Source: Bacteroidia bacterium (GTDB lineage: Bacteria > Bacteroidota > Bacteroidia > AKYH767-A > 2013-40CM-41-45). From it: DNA of 64,000 nt. The notes under the pieces are model-generated. The model did not search any database, had not been told where the DNA came from, and was given only the letters and a program-made list of their open reading frames with translations. Where the stretch lies: NCBI GenBank assembly GCA_038230515.1, contig JBBRND010000024.1:845-64844 (forward strand), written 5' to 3'. This document shows, in pieces, positions 39,120-49,896 of this stretch (the stretch's first letter is position 1; each line of letters begins with the position of its first letter). Position numbers and translations under genes: made by a program.

Positions 39120-39695
39120 ATGATTACACTTTATAGCTCCGTTACAACTGCTGAGTTTTCCAATATCATGTTCCAACAAAAAAGTGCTGGAACGTCATAT
39201 AATATTTCTCTAGTTAAGGGAAATTGGGCATTTATTGATATGCAAAATCTATATAAAGGAGTGAGGGAGAGAGGATGGAAAATCAACTGGAAGCGTTTTA
39301 GGGAGTATCTCGCGACACATTATAATATTACTCGTGCAATTGTATTCATGGGATACATTAGAAAATATGAATGTTTGTATTCTGTTATTAGGAGCGCCGG
39401 TTTTGAAATAGAATTTCGTGAGGTAAATGAATTATGTGACGGAACGATTGATGGCGGAAACGTGGATGCGGATCTAGCCTATTACGTGATGGACAATAAG
39501 GCGCATTACAATCGTGCGCTCGTAGTTGCAGATGATGGAGATTACAGCAAAATGCTTCAAAGTCTCCTCAGACAGGATAAGTTGGAACTTGTGATCAGTT
39601 CTCATTCCATAAAACAGACATCAGAATTCATTAAAGCTGTACTGCCCAGGCATTTGCTTCTCAGTATAAATAGTATAAGGAATATCATAGAATAA
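39120..39695 (+). CDS. NYN-domain (PIN-like, LabA/NYN) putative nuclease
   Basis: 'GNWAFIDMQNLYKG' near the N-terminus and 'VDADLAYYVMD...ALVVADDGDY' later match NYN-domain acidic motifs. Confidence 0.6.
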   Translation: MITLYSSVTTAEFSNIMFQQKSAGTSYNISLVKGNWAFIDMQNLYKGVRERGWKINWKRFREYLATHYNITRAIVFMGYIRKYECLYSVIRSAGFEIEFREVNELCDGTIDGGNVDADLAYYVMDNKAHYNRALVVADDGDYSKMLQSLLRQDKLELVISSHSIKQTSEFIKAVLPRHLLLSINSIRNIIE

Positions 39696-39708
39696 AATAC
39701 AAATAAAT

Positions 39709-40056
39709 ATGGGACCAATAATTACAATGAGCGAAGCCGCTAAACTACTTTCAAGAAAAGATGCTCGAAGCGTTCAACGGTGGTGCGATAAAAATAACGT
39801 AAAAATATTTTCAGAGGATGGAACTAATCATAAGTACTTATTACGGTTTGAATTTGACCATGCGCGACTGAAAAAAATTATAGAATATCTTAAAGAGAAA
39901 TATAAAGAGAATTGGCTACAAGCATTTGCTGTGTACAAGAGCATGAATATTCCTGATGTTGCAGAAATGGAAGAGGTGGGTAAACGATTTATCTCACCAC
40001 AAAAGGAGAAACTTTCAGAAAATGAAAAACAAATACTGTCAAGATTGACTTCATAA
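39709..40056 (+). CDS. Small HTH DNA-binding protein (excisionase/Xis-like) adjacent to the integrase
   Basis: 115 aa. 'TMSEAAKLLSRKDARSVQRWCDKN' HTH-like segment. Position immediately 5' of the integrase. Confidence 0.4.
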   Translation: MGPIITMSEAAKLLSRKDARSVQRWCDKNNVKIFSEDGTNHKYLLRFEFDHARLKKIIEYLKEKYKENWLQAFAVYKSMNIPDVAEMEEVGKRFISPQKEKLSENEKQILSRLTS

Positions 40057-40069
40057 AAACCACTGAGTT

Positions 40070-41485
40070 ATGATACGCCCTGCGATGGAAAAAGTACTGT
40101 TCATACCGCCCTCTAAAAAAGTGACTGGATTAAAAGTTTACTGTCGAGTCTGTAGCACAAATGTTGGAGCAACATGTAAGAAAAATGGAAAAATCATTCA
40201 GAAGTGTCCTCACCCTGAAGCACTACATTTTAAAATTTATGCACATGAACCAGGAACTAAGAATGTCAGAAGGACGAAAAATTTAGGAACGAGAGCGCTT
40301 GAGGAGGCGCGATTCGAGGCACTGCAATTTCGAAAAGAAGTTAAGTCAATTGGCAATAAGGATAAAACTGTTATAGAGTCATCGAATGAAAAACCGCAAA
40401 CAGCAAACTCTTCATTTCTACTTTCGCATGCTTTGGCAAAACATGTATCGTGGCTTGGTGGGAACAATGTGCCGGCACACCGTAAAAAGTTCAGAAGCCA
40501 ATCACATTTGAATGACATCGAAAGGGCTTACCGCGTATTCATAAAGTGTTTAGATGAAAATGGGCGAGACACAACCAAGCTAACTGTACATGAGCTAAAC
40601 GATGACGCGGTCGGGGAAGTCTATGATTATTTATTAAAGAATAAGAAGTTTTCAAACAGGAGTTTTAATAAGTACATCGGGTATTTCACATCCTTCATAA
40701 AATGGTATTCAGAGGAGTTTGATATTCCGATAAAGAACTGGTTCGAAAAAGTGGAGCGAAAAAAAGTTGTGTACAACCCTGAGGCAATCACAAAAAAAGA
40801 ATTTGATGATCTTCTTGAACAGCTATCAAAAGCGAATGGCAAATTAAAATATCCCCATGAAGATGACGCGCGGTATTTATATCGTTCATATTTACGCCCT
40901 GCTTTTCTTTTCGCGTTGCATAGCGGCAGAAGACGTGAGGAAGTCATTCAGGCAAAGTTCTCGGACATTATTGAGGAGAGTGATGGGAGTGCCTGCATAA
41001 AGATCGCTGACATTAAAGTGAACAGAATAAAGGGTTCATCATCCGAAGCGGAAAAGAAATACATCTACGTTCCAGTAACAAGAGCGCTGAGAGAATTATT
41101 GAATGAAACGGGATATGAAAAGTATAAGGGAACGGATCGATTCCTAATAGGGCCAGAAATTGAAAGAGACAGGAATAGGGTAATGAGTGATAATCTTTCC
41201 CGAGCGTTTAGTCATTACTTTAATCAGGTTTCAGATAGAAAACTGACTTTTAAAAGTTTGAGAAAAACGTATGTCACCGCTGCTCATATTTTTACAGGAG
41301 GAAATGCAAAAGCTCTGTCGGGCCATAGTGGAAATGCGGTCGTGGAGAAAAATTATCTGGCGCAAAAAGTTTTGGCACAAGCAGCGGTGAATTTCGAAGT
41401 CTTTCCTGCGGAAATGGAACGTAAGGATGAACTTGAAAAATTAAGAGAAGATTCAAAACAAAATAAAATAGAAATAGAAAAATGA
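40070..41485 (+). CDS. int: Tyrosine integrase (Bacteroidota phage-integrase family)
   Basis: 471 aa. C-terminal catalytic region '...ALHSGRRREEV...LRKTYVTAAH...GHSGNAVVEKNY'. Lies 170 bp from the 3' end of tRNA-Leu. Confidence 0.8.
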   Translation: MIRPAMEKVLFIPPSKKVTGLKVYCRVCSTNVGATCKKNGKIIQKCPHPEALHFKIYAHEPGTKNVRRTKNLGTRALEEARFEALQFRKEVKSIGNKDKTVIESSNEKPQTANSSFLLSHALAKHVSWLGGNNVPAHRKKFRSQSHLNDIERAYRVFIKCLDENGRDTTKLTVHELNDDAVGEVYDYLLKNKKFSNRSFNKYIGYFTSFIKWYSEEFDIPIKNWFEKVERKKVVYNPEAITKKEFDDLLEQLSKANGKLKYPHEDDARYLYRSYLRPAFLFALHSGRRREEVIQAKFSDIIEESDGSACIKIADIKVNRIKGSSSEAEKKYIYVPVTRALRELLNETGYEKYKGTDRFLIGPEIERDRNRVMSDNLSRAFSHYFNQVSDRKLTFKSLRKTYVTAAHIFTGGNAKALSGHSGNAVVEKNYLAQKVLAQAAVNFEVFPAEMERKDELEKLREDSKQNKIEIEK

Positions 41486-41540
41486 AAACAACTATTCGGG
41501 GTATTTATTCCGGTATCGTGGGGAACGCAAAGAAAAATTT

Positions 41541-41570
41541 CCGCACTCTGTTCCGCACTTTAGCCGCACT
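41541..41570 (+). repeat. Three direct CCGCACT repeats (11-12 bp spacing) between the integrase and tRNA-Leu; candidate arm-type integrase binding sites
   Basis: 'ttCCGCACTctg ttCCGCACTtta gCCGCACTttt' read in the sequence. Confidence 0.35.
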
Positions 41571-41656
41571 TTTTGAAGTATCGCTTCTGTTATTCTGGCT
41601 ACGGAATGAAATAAAAAAAGCCTCAATAGGGCTGCTATCAAGGCTTCCATCGTTTG

Positions 41657-41740
41657 TACCCGGGACGGGAATTGAACCCGTACGGCCTCGCGGCCACAGG
41701 ATTTTAAGTCCTGCGTGTCTACCAATTCCACCACCCAGGC
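41657..41740 (-). tRNA. tRNA-Leu (anticodon TAA), type II with a long variable arm
   Basis: Reverse complement folds as acceptor GCCTGGG, D-arm, anticodon loop CTTAAAA and a long extra arm. T-loop GGTTCAATTCC. Confidence 0.8.
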
Positions 41741-41812
41741 AGAAAAAAATTAATCGTTAATCGTTAATGGCAATTCCTATTAACTATTAACGATTAACAC
41801 TTTACTTTCAAA

Positions 41813-41886
41813 GAGCGGATGACCGGGCTCGAACCGGCCACCTCGACCTTGGCAAGGTCGCGCTCTACCAAATGAGCTACATCCGC
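41813..41886 (-). tRNA. tRNA-Gly (anticodon GCC)
   Basis: Reverse complement GCGGATGTAGCTCATTTGGTAGAGCGCGACCTTGCCAAGGTCGAGGTGGCCGGTTCGAGCCCGGTCATCCGCT is a canonical cloverleaf. Confidence 0.85.
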
Positions 41887-41952
41887 TTGTTTTTTGGGAC
41901 GGCAAATGTATGTAAAAATACAGATCAACAAAATCAGGTTTTTTGCCTGAAA

Positions 41953-44589
41953 TTATTTCCCGCCAATGATTTTTTTGATTTCGTTTAACTTTTGAAGTGC
42001 CTGGAGCGGAGTTAGATTATTGACATCCACTTTCAGAATTTCCTCTCGTATTTGCTCAAGCACGGGATCGTTCAATTGAAAAAAACTTAACTGCATTTCA
42101 TCTTTTGAAATCTTCTTTGCTGATCGCTCACGATGTGTGTTGCGGATTTGTTCCAATTGTTTCAGAATGTCATCAGCGCGATGAACAACTTTTGAAGGTA
42201 TGCCCGCCATCTTCGCCACATGAATACCAAAGCTGTGTTCACTGCCTCCCTTTGCAAGTTTGCGTAGAAATAAAACTTTATTCTCAATCTCTTTGATGGT
42301 AACGTGATAATTTTTTATGCGCTGCATCGTTTCTTCCATCTCATTCAATTCATGATAATGCGTAGCAAAAAGTGTTTTTGCCCGAAGTGAATGTTCGTGG
42401 ATGAATTCAGCAATAGCCCATGCAATGCTTATTCCATCGTACGTGCTGGTTCCTCTTCCGATTTCATCAAGAAGAATCAAACTGCGATCAGAAAGATTAT
42501 GCAAGATGCTTGCCGTTTCATTCATCTCCACCATGAAGGTTGATTCGCCCGAAGAAATATTATCAGATGCTCCAACGCGTGAAAATATTTTATCTGTAAT
42601 TCCAATTTGTGCAGCACCTGCAGGAACGAAGCAACCTGTTTGTGCAAGCAACACGATCAATGCTGTTTGCCGCAGCATCGCGGACTTCCCCGACATGTTC
42701 GGTCCTGTGATCATGAGTATCTGCTGTGTTTCGTTGTCGAGATAAATATCGTTGGCAATGTATTTTTCTCCGAGCTGCAATCGCTTTTCAATTACAGGAT
42801 GTCTTCCGTTTTTTATGTCAATCACAAAACTGTCGTTCACATGCGGCCGCACATATTCGTTCTCTGACGCAACCTGGGCAAAAGAAGAAAGGCAATCTAA
42901 TTTTGCCAGCAACGCTGCATTGTGCTGAACGGGTTTGATGTATTCGAAACATGACTGCACAAGTTCATTAAAGAGTTTTGTTTCGAGTGCAAGAATTTTT
43001 TCTTCGGAACCAAGAATCTTTTCTTCGTAATGTTTTAATTCTTCTGTAATGTATCGTTCAGCATTTGTTAGCGTTTGTTTACGTATCCATTCAGAAGGAA
43101 CTTTGTTCTTGTGAACATTCGTAACTTCAATATAATATCCATACACATTATTGAAGCCAACTTTCAATGAAGTAATTCCTGTAAGTTCTGACTCGCGTTT
43201 TTGTATCTGTAACAAATAATCTTTTCCGTGATATGCGATCTCGCGCAACTCGTCAAGTTCAGGAGACACACCCGCATTCATCGCCATTCCTTTCATGACC
43301 GTTGCAGGCGGATCGGGATGAATTTCTTTCAGAATTTTATCGCGAAGGATGGTACATGGATTCAATTGATCGGCAATAATTCGGACGGAAGAATTATCAC
43401 ATTCTCCGCATTCTGTTTTTAATTTTGAAATAACATCGAGGGAACGCTGCAATTGCTGAATATCCCGCGGACCGGCTTTGCCGAGTGCAACTCTTGAAAT
43501 CAACCGTTCAAGATCGCCAACCTGTTTGAGATTGTTTGAAATAGTTGTTCTAGTTTCCTGGTGATGCAAAAAATAATTTACTGTTTCTTGTCTCTCTTCA
43601 ATCGCATGAATGTCTTTCAACGGAAGCAACAGCCAGCGTTTCATTAACCGGCTTCCCATTGGAGTAACTGTTTTATCAATTACATCAAGAAGTGTTACTG
43701 CATTTTCATTTGCAGAAGAAACCAACTCCAGATTACGAATAGTGAAACGATCGAGCCACACATAATTTTCTTCCGCAATTCTTGAAATGGCGGTGATGTG
43801 TTTCAGTTGACCTTGTCTCGTATCACTTACATAGTGAAGCGCTGCACCCGCAGCAATGACGGCCGCATCGAGTTCGTCAATTCCAAATCCTTTTAAAGAA
43901 GAAACTTCAAAATGTTTGCACAGTTGTTCGCGGGCATAATCATTTTGAAATATCCATTCGTCAAGTGCGAAGTTGTAATAGGTACTTCCAAACTGTTCGT
44001 TGAATTCTTTCTTCCTGTTTTTCTGAAAAACAATTTCGTTGGGCTGAAAATTCTGTATGAGTTTATCTGCATGTTCTTTTGTTCCCTGCGAAACAAAAAA
44101 TTCTCCGGTGGAAATATCAATGAAAGCAACGCCACACTTTTTTCCGTCATCATAAAGGGAACATAGAAAATTATTTTTTCTATGTTCGAGAATTTTATCG
44201 TTGGATGAAACTCCGGGGGTTACCAATTCCGTAACTCCCCGTTTCACAATCTTCTTTGTCAGCTTTGGATCTTCCAACTGGTCGCAGATTGCAACTCGAT
44301 GTCCCGCTCGAACTAACTTTGGTAAATAAGTATCGAGTGAATGATACGGAAAGCCCGCCAGCTCAATGAAGGTTCCTTTCCCGTTTGCTCTTCGTGTAAG
44401 AACAATTCCCAAAACTTTTGAAGCGCGCACTGCATCTTCGCCAAACGTTTCATAAAAATCGCCCACGCGAAGCAGCAATAATGCATCAGGATATTTTTGC
44501 TTGATGCCATAGTACTGTTTCATCAAAGGAGTTTCTACTTCTTTTGCCTGAGTTATTTTTTCTTCTAATATTTCTATTTCCGATCCCAT
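41953..44589 (-). CDS. mutS: DNA mismatch repair protein MutS
   Basis: 878 aa. N-terminal '[34 protein letters not shown]' and Walker A 'GPNMSGKS' in the ATPase domain. Confidence 0.9.
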   Translation of the reverse strand: MGSEIEILEEKITQAKEVETPLMKQYYGIKQKYPDALLLLRVGDFYETFGEDAVRASKVLGIVLTRRANGKGTFIELAGFPYHSLDTYLPKLVRAGHRVAICDQLEDPKLTKKIVKRGVTELVTPGVSSNDKILEHRKNNFLCSLYDDGKKCGVAFIDISTGEFFVSQGTKEHADKLIQNFQPNEIVFQKNRKKEFNEQFGSTYYNFALDEWIFQNDYAREQLCKHFEVSSLKGFGIDELDAAVIAAGAALHYVSDTRQGQLKHITAISRIAEENYVWLDRFTIRNLELVSSANENAVTLLDVIDKTVTPMGSRLMKRWLLLPLKDIHAIEERQETVNYFLHHQETRTTISNNLKQVGDLERLISRVALGKAGPRDIQQLQRSLDVISKLKTECGECDNSSVRIIADQLNPCTILRDKILKEIHPDPPATVMKGMAMNAGVSPELDELREIAYHGKDYLLQIQKRESELTGITSLKVGFNNVYGYYIEVTNVHKNKVPSEWIRKQTLTNAERYITEELKHYEEKILGSEEKILALETKLFNELVQSCFEYIKPVQHNAALLAKLDCLSSFAQVASENEYVRPHVNDSFVIDIKNGRHPVIEKRLQLGEKYIANDIYLDNETQQILMITGPNMSGKSAMLRQTALIVLLAQTGCFVPAGAAQIGITDKIFSRVGASDNISSGESTFMVEMNETASILHNLSDRSLILLDEIGRGTSTYDGISIAWAIAEFIHEHSLRAKTLFATHYHELNEMEETMQRIKNYHVTIKEIENKVLFLRKLAKGGSEHSFGIHVAKMAGIPSKVVHRADDILKQLEQIRNTHRERSAKKISKDEMQLSFFQLNDPVLEQIREEILKVDVNNLTPLQALQKLNEIKKIIGGK

Positions 44590-44654
44590 CGAATAACGAA
44601 TAATTTACGAAAGTACGAATTACGAATCGTCTCTATTGCTTTCTTTGCAAGATC

Positions 44655-45185
44655 ATGAAAAAAATTTCAAACGCTGATCTCGGCAGGAAGAATGTTGAGG
44701 AATTTAAGTCATCATCCAAAACTTCCGTCATTATTGTGCTTGACAATGTGCGGAGCTTGCACAATGTGGGCAGCGTATTTCGAACAGCTGATGCTTTTCT
44801 GTGCGAGGCAATTTATTTGTGCGCCATCACCGCCACACCGCCACACCGCGAAATTGAAAAGACAGCATTGGGTGCAACAGAATCTGTTCGGTGGAAATAT
44901 TTTAAAACTACTCTTGAAGCGATTAATGAATTATTATCAATGAAATATGAATTGATTGCTGTCGAGCAGGTAGAAGGAGGAATTGTAATCGAAAATTTTT
45001 TTCCGGGGAAAGAAAAAAAATACGCGATTATTTTCGGGCATGAGATGAATGGAGTGAGTGACGAGGTGATGGAAAAAGTAAAAACTGCAATCGAAATTCC
45101 TCAATACGGAATCAAACACTCGCTTAATATTTCAGTCTGTGTCGGAATTGTGATTCATGATTTCTTCGTTAAACTCAATAAATAA
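44655..45185 (+). CDS. SpoU/TrmH-family RNA 2'-O-methyltransferase
   Basis: 'VIIVLDNVRSLHNVGSVFRTADAF' SPOUT motif 1. 176 aa. Confidence 0.75.
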   Translation: MKKISNADLGRKNVEEFKSSSKTSVIIVLDNVRSLHNVGSVFRTADAFLCEAIYLCAITATPPHREIEKTALGATESVRWKYFKTTLEAINELLSMKYELIAVEQVEGGIVIENFFPGKEKKYAIIFGHEMNGVSDEVMEKVKTAIEIPQYGIKHSLNISVCVGIVIHDFFVKLNK

Positions 45186-45239
45186 ACCTCAGCCCCCCGA
45201 AGTTAGATTCGCGGCTGAGGTTTATGGGTGTGAATAAAA

Positions 45240-46709
45240 CTATTGAGTTACTTTAAAATCAACTCTGCGGTTCATCGAATGGTCCTGAGTTATCGGATCT
45301 TCCTTTCCTTTAGTTACTACATTCAGACGGGAAGCATCAATGTTGTATCGTTTTGTCAGGTGCTCTTTCACAGATTCTGCCCTCTTTTCCCCTAATGTCT
45401 TGTTATAATTTTCCGTTGCGCGAGTATCACAATTTCCAATTACATCGAACTTTATACTTGGATTGTTTTTCAAAACCAATGCGATGTCAGCAAGCTGTTC
45501 ATAAAATTTCGGAGTTACAACCGCACTATTCACATCAAAGAAAACCGAAGGAATATAACCCGTAACTACAGTCGAAGCAATGGCCCCCGGACCGGTAGTT
45601 GGAATGGTAATGCCAGTTCCGGTAACCAAAGTTCCCTTCGGAGTGTTTGGCTCCATATCACGGCTGTCAGGAATGCCATCACCATCAGCATCTAGTTCGC
45701 GACCTTGAGCGTCAACTTTTGCTCCCTTTGCAGAGAACGGCTCAGCGTCTAGATAATCTGGTACCCCATCACCGTCAGTATCAACGGCAGTTCCATCACC
45801 ATAAACTTTTACACCCTCTGGAGTTGAAGAATCTTTATCAAACATATCTGCAACCCCGTCTTTATCTTTATCACCACTCATCATGTCAACCTTGTCCTTA
45901 GTATCATACAAGTCTGTATAAATTGTTTGAAGCGGATTTACCCACTCAATGGTTTTTTCTTTCTTGCCGATGTGATATGTAACACCAAGGTTTATATAGC
46001 TGTAATCATCATCATTGGAAAGAATTCTCGTATATCCGTCTAATTTATCTGACCGAGTTGTTCGAAAAGAATATTCGAGACTCGCAGAAAATTTCTTTGC
46101 AAAGCGGTAGCGTACTCCGACTCCAAATGGAACGATCAATTCTGTTGCAGGAGTAAAATAGTGGGAGGTGTCAATACCCGAAGTTTGAACAAGAATATTA
46201 TAATTAAGAGATCTATCACCATTGCCTATCGTGTTCTTAGCAGTAAAATTTATAAGCCCAATTCCTACGTAGGCATAAAGACCAAAATTGGGTGAACGTT
46301 TTAAAAAACCGATATTACCGATGTGTGCAACTGCATTAATAGTAAAATCATAATTAACATCAGTTGTATAACCAAAATAAGGATTTATATTAGATTGACC
46401 TTTGAGCGTGGCGTGTATAAACTGAGCCTGAAGAGCAAAGTTGTGAGAAAAAAATTTAGAAACGTTCAATCCAAATCCTAGCTGGCTTTTGTACGTAGAA
46501 GAGTTTATATCGCTAGCCGCAATATCCGTATTTGGATAAGTCACTCCCAAATGCAAACCAACTTCCCAAGTATTGTAGTCTTTTGCTTTAGGAAGGCGGT
46601 CAACGCCAGAAACAGTAGTGGTTGTTTGGGTTGCGGTCTCTGTTTGTGCCAGCAAGTCGGCAGAAGAAGCGCTAAGAAGGAATGCAAATGCGACAGTAGA
46701 TAATCTCAT
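45240..46709 (-). CDS. OmpA-family outer-membrane protein with thrombospondin type-3 (Ca-binding) repeats
   Basis: Signal peptide. Beta-rich N-terminal region. 'DKDGVADMFDKD / DTDGDGVPDYLD / DADGDGIPDSRD' repeats. C-terminal OmpA_C domain '...NRRVDFKV'. Confidence 0.8.
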   Translation of the reverse strand: MRLSTVAFAFLLSASSADLLAQTETATQTTTTVSGVDRLPKAKDYNTWEVGLHLGVTYPNTDIAASDINSSTYKSQLGFGLNVSKFFSHNFALQAQFIHATLKGQSNINPYFGYTTDVNYDFTINAVAHIGNIGFLKRSPNFGLYAYVGIGLINFTAKNTIGNGDRSLNYNILVQTSGIDTSHYFTPATELIVPFGVGVRYRFAKKFSASLEYSFRTTRSDKLDGYTRILSNDDDYSYINLGVTYHIGKKEKTIEWVNPLQTIYTDLYDTKDKVDMMSGDKDKDGVADMFDKDSSTPEGVKVYGDGTAVDTDGDGVPDYLDAEPFSAKGAKVDAQGRELDADGDGIPDSRDMEPNTPKGTLVTGTGITIPTTGPGAIASTVVTGYIPSVFFDVNSAVVTPKFYEQLADIALVLKNNPSIKFDVIGNCDTRATENYNKTLGEKRAESVKEHLTKRYNIDASRLNVVTKGKEDPITQDHSMNRRVDFKVTQ

Positions 46710-46834
46710 AGGTTTCAGTTTTTATTCAGAGTTAGTTGAGTTTATTCGTTGGCAAAATTAGTAATCTAATAACATGATGCAAATCAAAATTCAATTTTGG
46801 AGGCAAACTGAATTTTAAATAAACGCTTAGGAAA

Positions 46835-47479
46835 TTATTTCAAGTCAAAACGGTGCAATCCATTTGAGAAATCGCTTCTCATTAACTCAATAATTTTCAC
46901 ATAATCATTTTCATTTGAAACAAAATCAAGATAATTAGAATCAACGACTACAATTTTCATGGCGGGTTGTGTTTTAAAAAATTCCCAGTATCCCTGCTCC
47001 AACTTTTCGAGATACTCGTCTTTGATATTTGCTTCATATTCGCGTCCGCGCTTTCGAATGTTTTGTTTCAACAAAGGAATATCTTTATGAAGATAAACGA
47101 GCAAATCTGGTTTTGGTAAGGTTGGATTAATAATGCTGAAAAGTTTCTGATACAAATCAAGTTCATCATCTTTGAGAGTAATACTTGCAAAGATGACAGA
47201 TTTGCTTAAGAGGTAATCCGAAACCGTTTGTTGGTGGAAGAGTTCCAGATTCGATAAATCATTTTTCAGTTGTGAATACCTGTCGGCAAGAAAAGAGAGC
47301 TCAAGAGGAAAAGCATAGCGTGGTTGATTTTCATAAAACTTCGGCAGGAATGGATTATCGGCAAATCGCTCGAGGATAAGGCGAGTGTTGTAATCACGCG
47401 CAATACGAGAAGCAAGAGAAGTTTTTCCGGTGCCGATGTTTCCTTCAATTACAATGTAATCGTACTTTAATTTATTCAT
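46835..47479 (-). CDS. Deoxynucleoside kinase
   Basis: 'YIVIEGNIGTGKTSLA' P-loop and 'ERFADNPFLPKFY' dNK-family motifs. Confidence 0.75.
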   Translation of the reverse strand: MNKLKYDYIVIEGNIGTGKTSLASRIARDYNTRLILERFADNPFLPKFYENQPRYAFPLELSFLADRYSQLKNDLSNLELFHQQTVSDYLLSKSVIFASITLKDDELDLYQKLFSIINPTLPKPDLLVYLHKDIPLLKQNIRKRGREYEANIKDEYLEKLEQGYWEFFKTQPAMKIVVVDSNYLDFVSNENDYVKIIELMRSDFSNGLHRFDLK

Positions 47480-47973
47480 TCGCGCGAAATTGTTCTTAGT
47501 TTTTCTACGGAAGATTGATCAATTACAAAGGAAAGGAGTTCAGCAACTTTTTTCTGAAATACAGGATGAACTTTTTGCGGAAGAATTTCTGCAAGAGGGA
47601 CAAGAACAAATTTTCTCTCGTGCAGATGCAGATGCGGAATGATTAAGTTTTCATCTTCAATTATTTCAGCATTAAAAAAAAGAATGTCAATGTCGATTAT
47701 GCGCGGCTCCCATTTTTGTTTTCGTTCGCGTCCCATTTTTTTTTCGATAGAAAGAATTTCATTCATCATTTTATCAGAAGGGAAATCCGTTGCCACTTCA
47801 ATTACCTGATTGTAAAAAGCAGGTTGATTTGCGTTTCCCCACGGTTCTGTTAGGTAAACGGATGATCGCTGAAGTATCACGCAGCCGATTGATTGCAATT
47901 CTTCCAGTACACGATTCAGGTTTTCTTCGCATTTTCCAATGTTACTTCCCAATGACAAGACAATTGTATTCAT
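47476..47973 (-). CDS. folK: 2-amino-4-hydroxy-6-hydroxymethyldihydropteridine pyrophosphokinase (HPPK)
   Basis: 'IVLSLGSNIG...LTEPWGNANQPAFYNQV...EPRIIDIDILFF'. Confidence 0.85.
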   Translation of the reverse strand: MNTIVLSLGSNIGKCEENLNRVLEELQSIGCVILQRSSVYLTEPWGNANQPAFYNQVIEVATDFPSDKMMNEILSIEKKMGRERKQKWEPRIIDIDILFFNAEIIEDENLIIPHLHLHERKFVLVPLAEILPQKVHPVFQKKVAELLSFVIDQSSVEKLRTISRE

Positions 47974-48114
47974 CTAAATATTTCTTTCAAATTGAGGACA
48001 AAGAAATAAAAATTAAAGACGCAATACTTGAAACAGACAACACTTTCCAATTTGTATATTCGCGCCTCAATTACGAGGTGAATTTTCAACCCAAACCTCA
48101 AACCGAAAACCTCA

Positions 48115-49878
48115 ATGAAACAATTCTTCAAATTTATGTTTGCCTCCATGTTAGGAATGATTCTCGCATGGGTACTTGTTTTTTTTCTTGGCATCTTTAT
48201 TATTTCCGGAATCATTTCTTCGGCAAGCGATAAAGAAGTGATAGTTGCCGATCATTCAGTGCTGGAAATCTCTCTTGAAAATCCACTGAAGGAACGCACG
48301 TCTAAAAATCCGTTTGATGATTTGAATTTCAATTTTTCTAAAAAGCGCGATCTCGGTTTGAACGACATTCTGAAAAATATTGACAAAGCGAAATCAGATA
48401 ATCACATCAAAGGAATTTTTCTAAATCTTTCTTCCGTTTCTGCCGGCTTGGCGCAGTTGGAAGAAATACATAATGCGTTAAATGACTTTAAATCTTCAAA
48501 GAAATTTATTTACGCTTACAGTGAAGATTACAATCAGGCAAGTTATTACCTCGCTTCAGTCGCAGATTCAATATATCTGAATCCGCAGGGAAGCTTCGAC
48601 TGGCATGGATTGCGTTCCGAAGTGATGTTTCTAAAAGGGGCGTTAGAGAAATTGGAAATAGAACCCGAAGTAATCCGGCATGGAAAATTTAAAAGCGCTG
48701 TTGAGCCATTCATTAATGATAAAATGAGTCCGGAGAATCGCGCCCAGATTTCTCAACTCATTCACGCCATCTGGAATTATTACGTGGCGCAGGTTGCGGA
48801 AAGCCGTCATCTTGATGAACAAACTATTCAGGATGCGGCTTTCAATATGATCGTTCGTACTCCTGAAAAAGCAGTTGAATTAAAATTGGTTGACAAACTT
48901 GCGTACGATGATGAAGTACAAAGTGCACTGAAGAAAGCAAGTGGAATAGGGGAGAAGGACAAAGTAAAATTTATGGCACTCAAGAAATATGACAAAGCAT
49001 TTGGAGCATCAAAACCTTTTTCAAATAAAAAGATTGCGGTCATTTATGCAATAGGAGAAATTCACGGAGGTGATGGCGATGAAAACACAATTGGTTCAGA
49101 TAAAATTTCTGCAACTATACGCAAAGCACGACTTGATACAAGCATTAAAGCCATTGTGCTCCGCGTAAATTCTCCTGGCGGTAGCGCGCTTGCATCAGAT
49201 GTTATCTGGCGCGAAATGTTGTTGGCGAAAAAAGCCAAACCTGTTATTGTTTCCATGAGTGATGTTGCAGCTTCAGGCGGATATTACATTTCATGCGCTG
49301 CTGATACTATCGTGTGTGAACCAAATACAATTACAGGAAGCATTGGCGTTTTTGGTTTGATGTTCAATGCGGAGAAATTATTGAACAACAAACTCGGAAT
49401 TACTTTTGATACGGTAAAAACCGGACGTTTTGGAGGAATTGGTTCTATTACGCACCCGCTTACTGCCGAAGAGCGCGACATTGTTCAGCAGGAAGTAGAA
49501 CGGATTTATGACACGTTCATCACTCACGTTTCTGAAGGAAGAAATATTTCCAAAGCAGAAGTTGACAGCATTGGTCAAGGCAGAGTGTGGAGCGGTGTGG
49601 ATGCAAAACGCCTTGGGCTTGTTGATGTACTCGGAGGAATAAACACTGCGATTGAAATTGCAGCGAAGAAAGCGCATCTCGATAACTACCGGACTGTTTC
49701 CTTACCGGAACCTGAAGATGTTTTTAAAAAACTTTTGGAGGATTTTTCTGACGATGCAAGTATTAAATCAGCAAAGAAAAATTTTGGTGAGATTTATTCT
49801 TACTACGAGCAGGTACATTCTCTTCTTGGTCAGCAGGGAGTTTTGGCAAGGATGCCTTTTGAAATAAGTGTTCATTGA
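48115..49878 (+). CDS. sppA: Signal peptide peptidase SppA (protease IV, 67K type)
   Basis: 587 aa. Tandem S49 domains with 'SMSDVAASGGYYISCAAD' and 'GGSALASD'. Confidence 0.85.
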   Translation: MKQFFKFMFASMLGMILAWVLVFFLGIFIISGIISSASDKEVIVADHSVLEISLENPLKERTSKNPFDDLNFNFSKKRDLGLNDILKNIDKAKSDNHIKGIFLNLSSVSAGLAQLEEIHNALNDFKSSKKFIYAYSEDYNQASYYLASVADSIYLNPQGSFDWHGLRSEVMFLKGALEKLEIEPEVIRHGKFKSAVEPFINDKMSPENRAQISQLIHAIWNYYVAQVAESRHLDEQTIQDAAFNMIVRTPEKAVELKLVDKLAYDDEVQSALKKASGIGEKDKVKFMALKKYDKAFGASKPFSNKKIAVIYAIGEIHGGDGDENTIGSDKISATIRKARLDTSIKAIVLRVNSPGGSALASDVIWREMLLAKKAKPVIVSMSDVAASGGYYISCAADTIVCEPNTITGSIGVFGLMFNAEKLLNNKLGITFDTVKTGRFGGIGSITHPLTAEERDIVQQEVERIYDTFITHVSEGRNISKAEVDSIGQGRVWSGVDAKRLGLVDVLGGINTAIEIAAKKAHLDNYRTVSLPEPEDVFKKLLEDFSDDASIKSAKKNFGEIYSYYEQVHSLLGQQGVLARMPFEISVH

Positions 49879-49896
49879 TTAACATCAATACTTGCG

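Noticed and set aside
41482-41760. 92-aa plus-strand ORF and 80-aa minus-strand ORF (41492..41734) covering the integrase/tRNA-Leu gap
   Set aside because: Both overlap the tRNA-Leu gene and the CCGCACT repeat region, so they are most likely spurious.
41745-41812. Imperfect inverted repeat (TAATCGTTAATCGTTAAT ... ATTAACTATTAACGATTA) between tRNA-Gly and tRNA-Leu
   Set aside because: Most simply an inter-tRNA spacer hairpin or processing signal. Not enough evidence for an att core.
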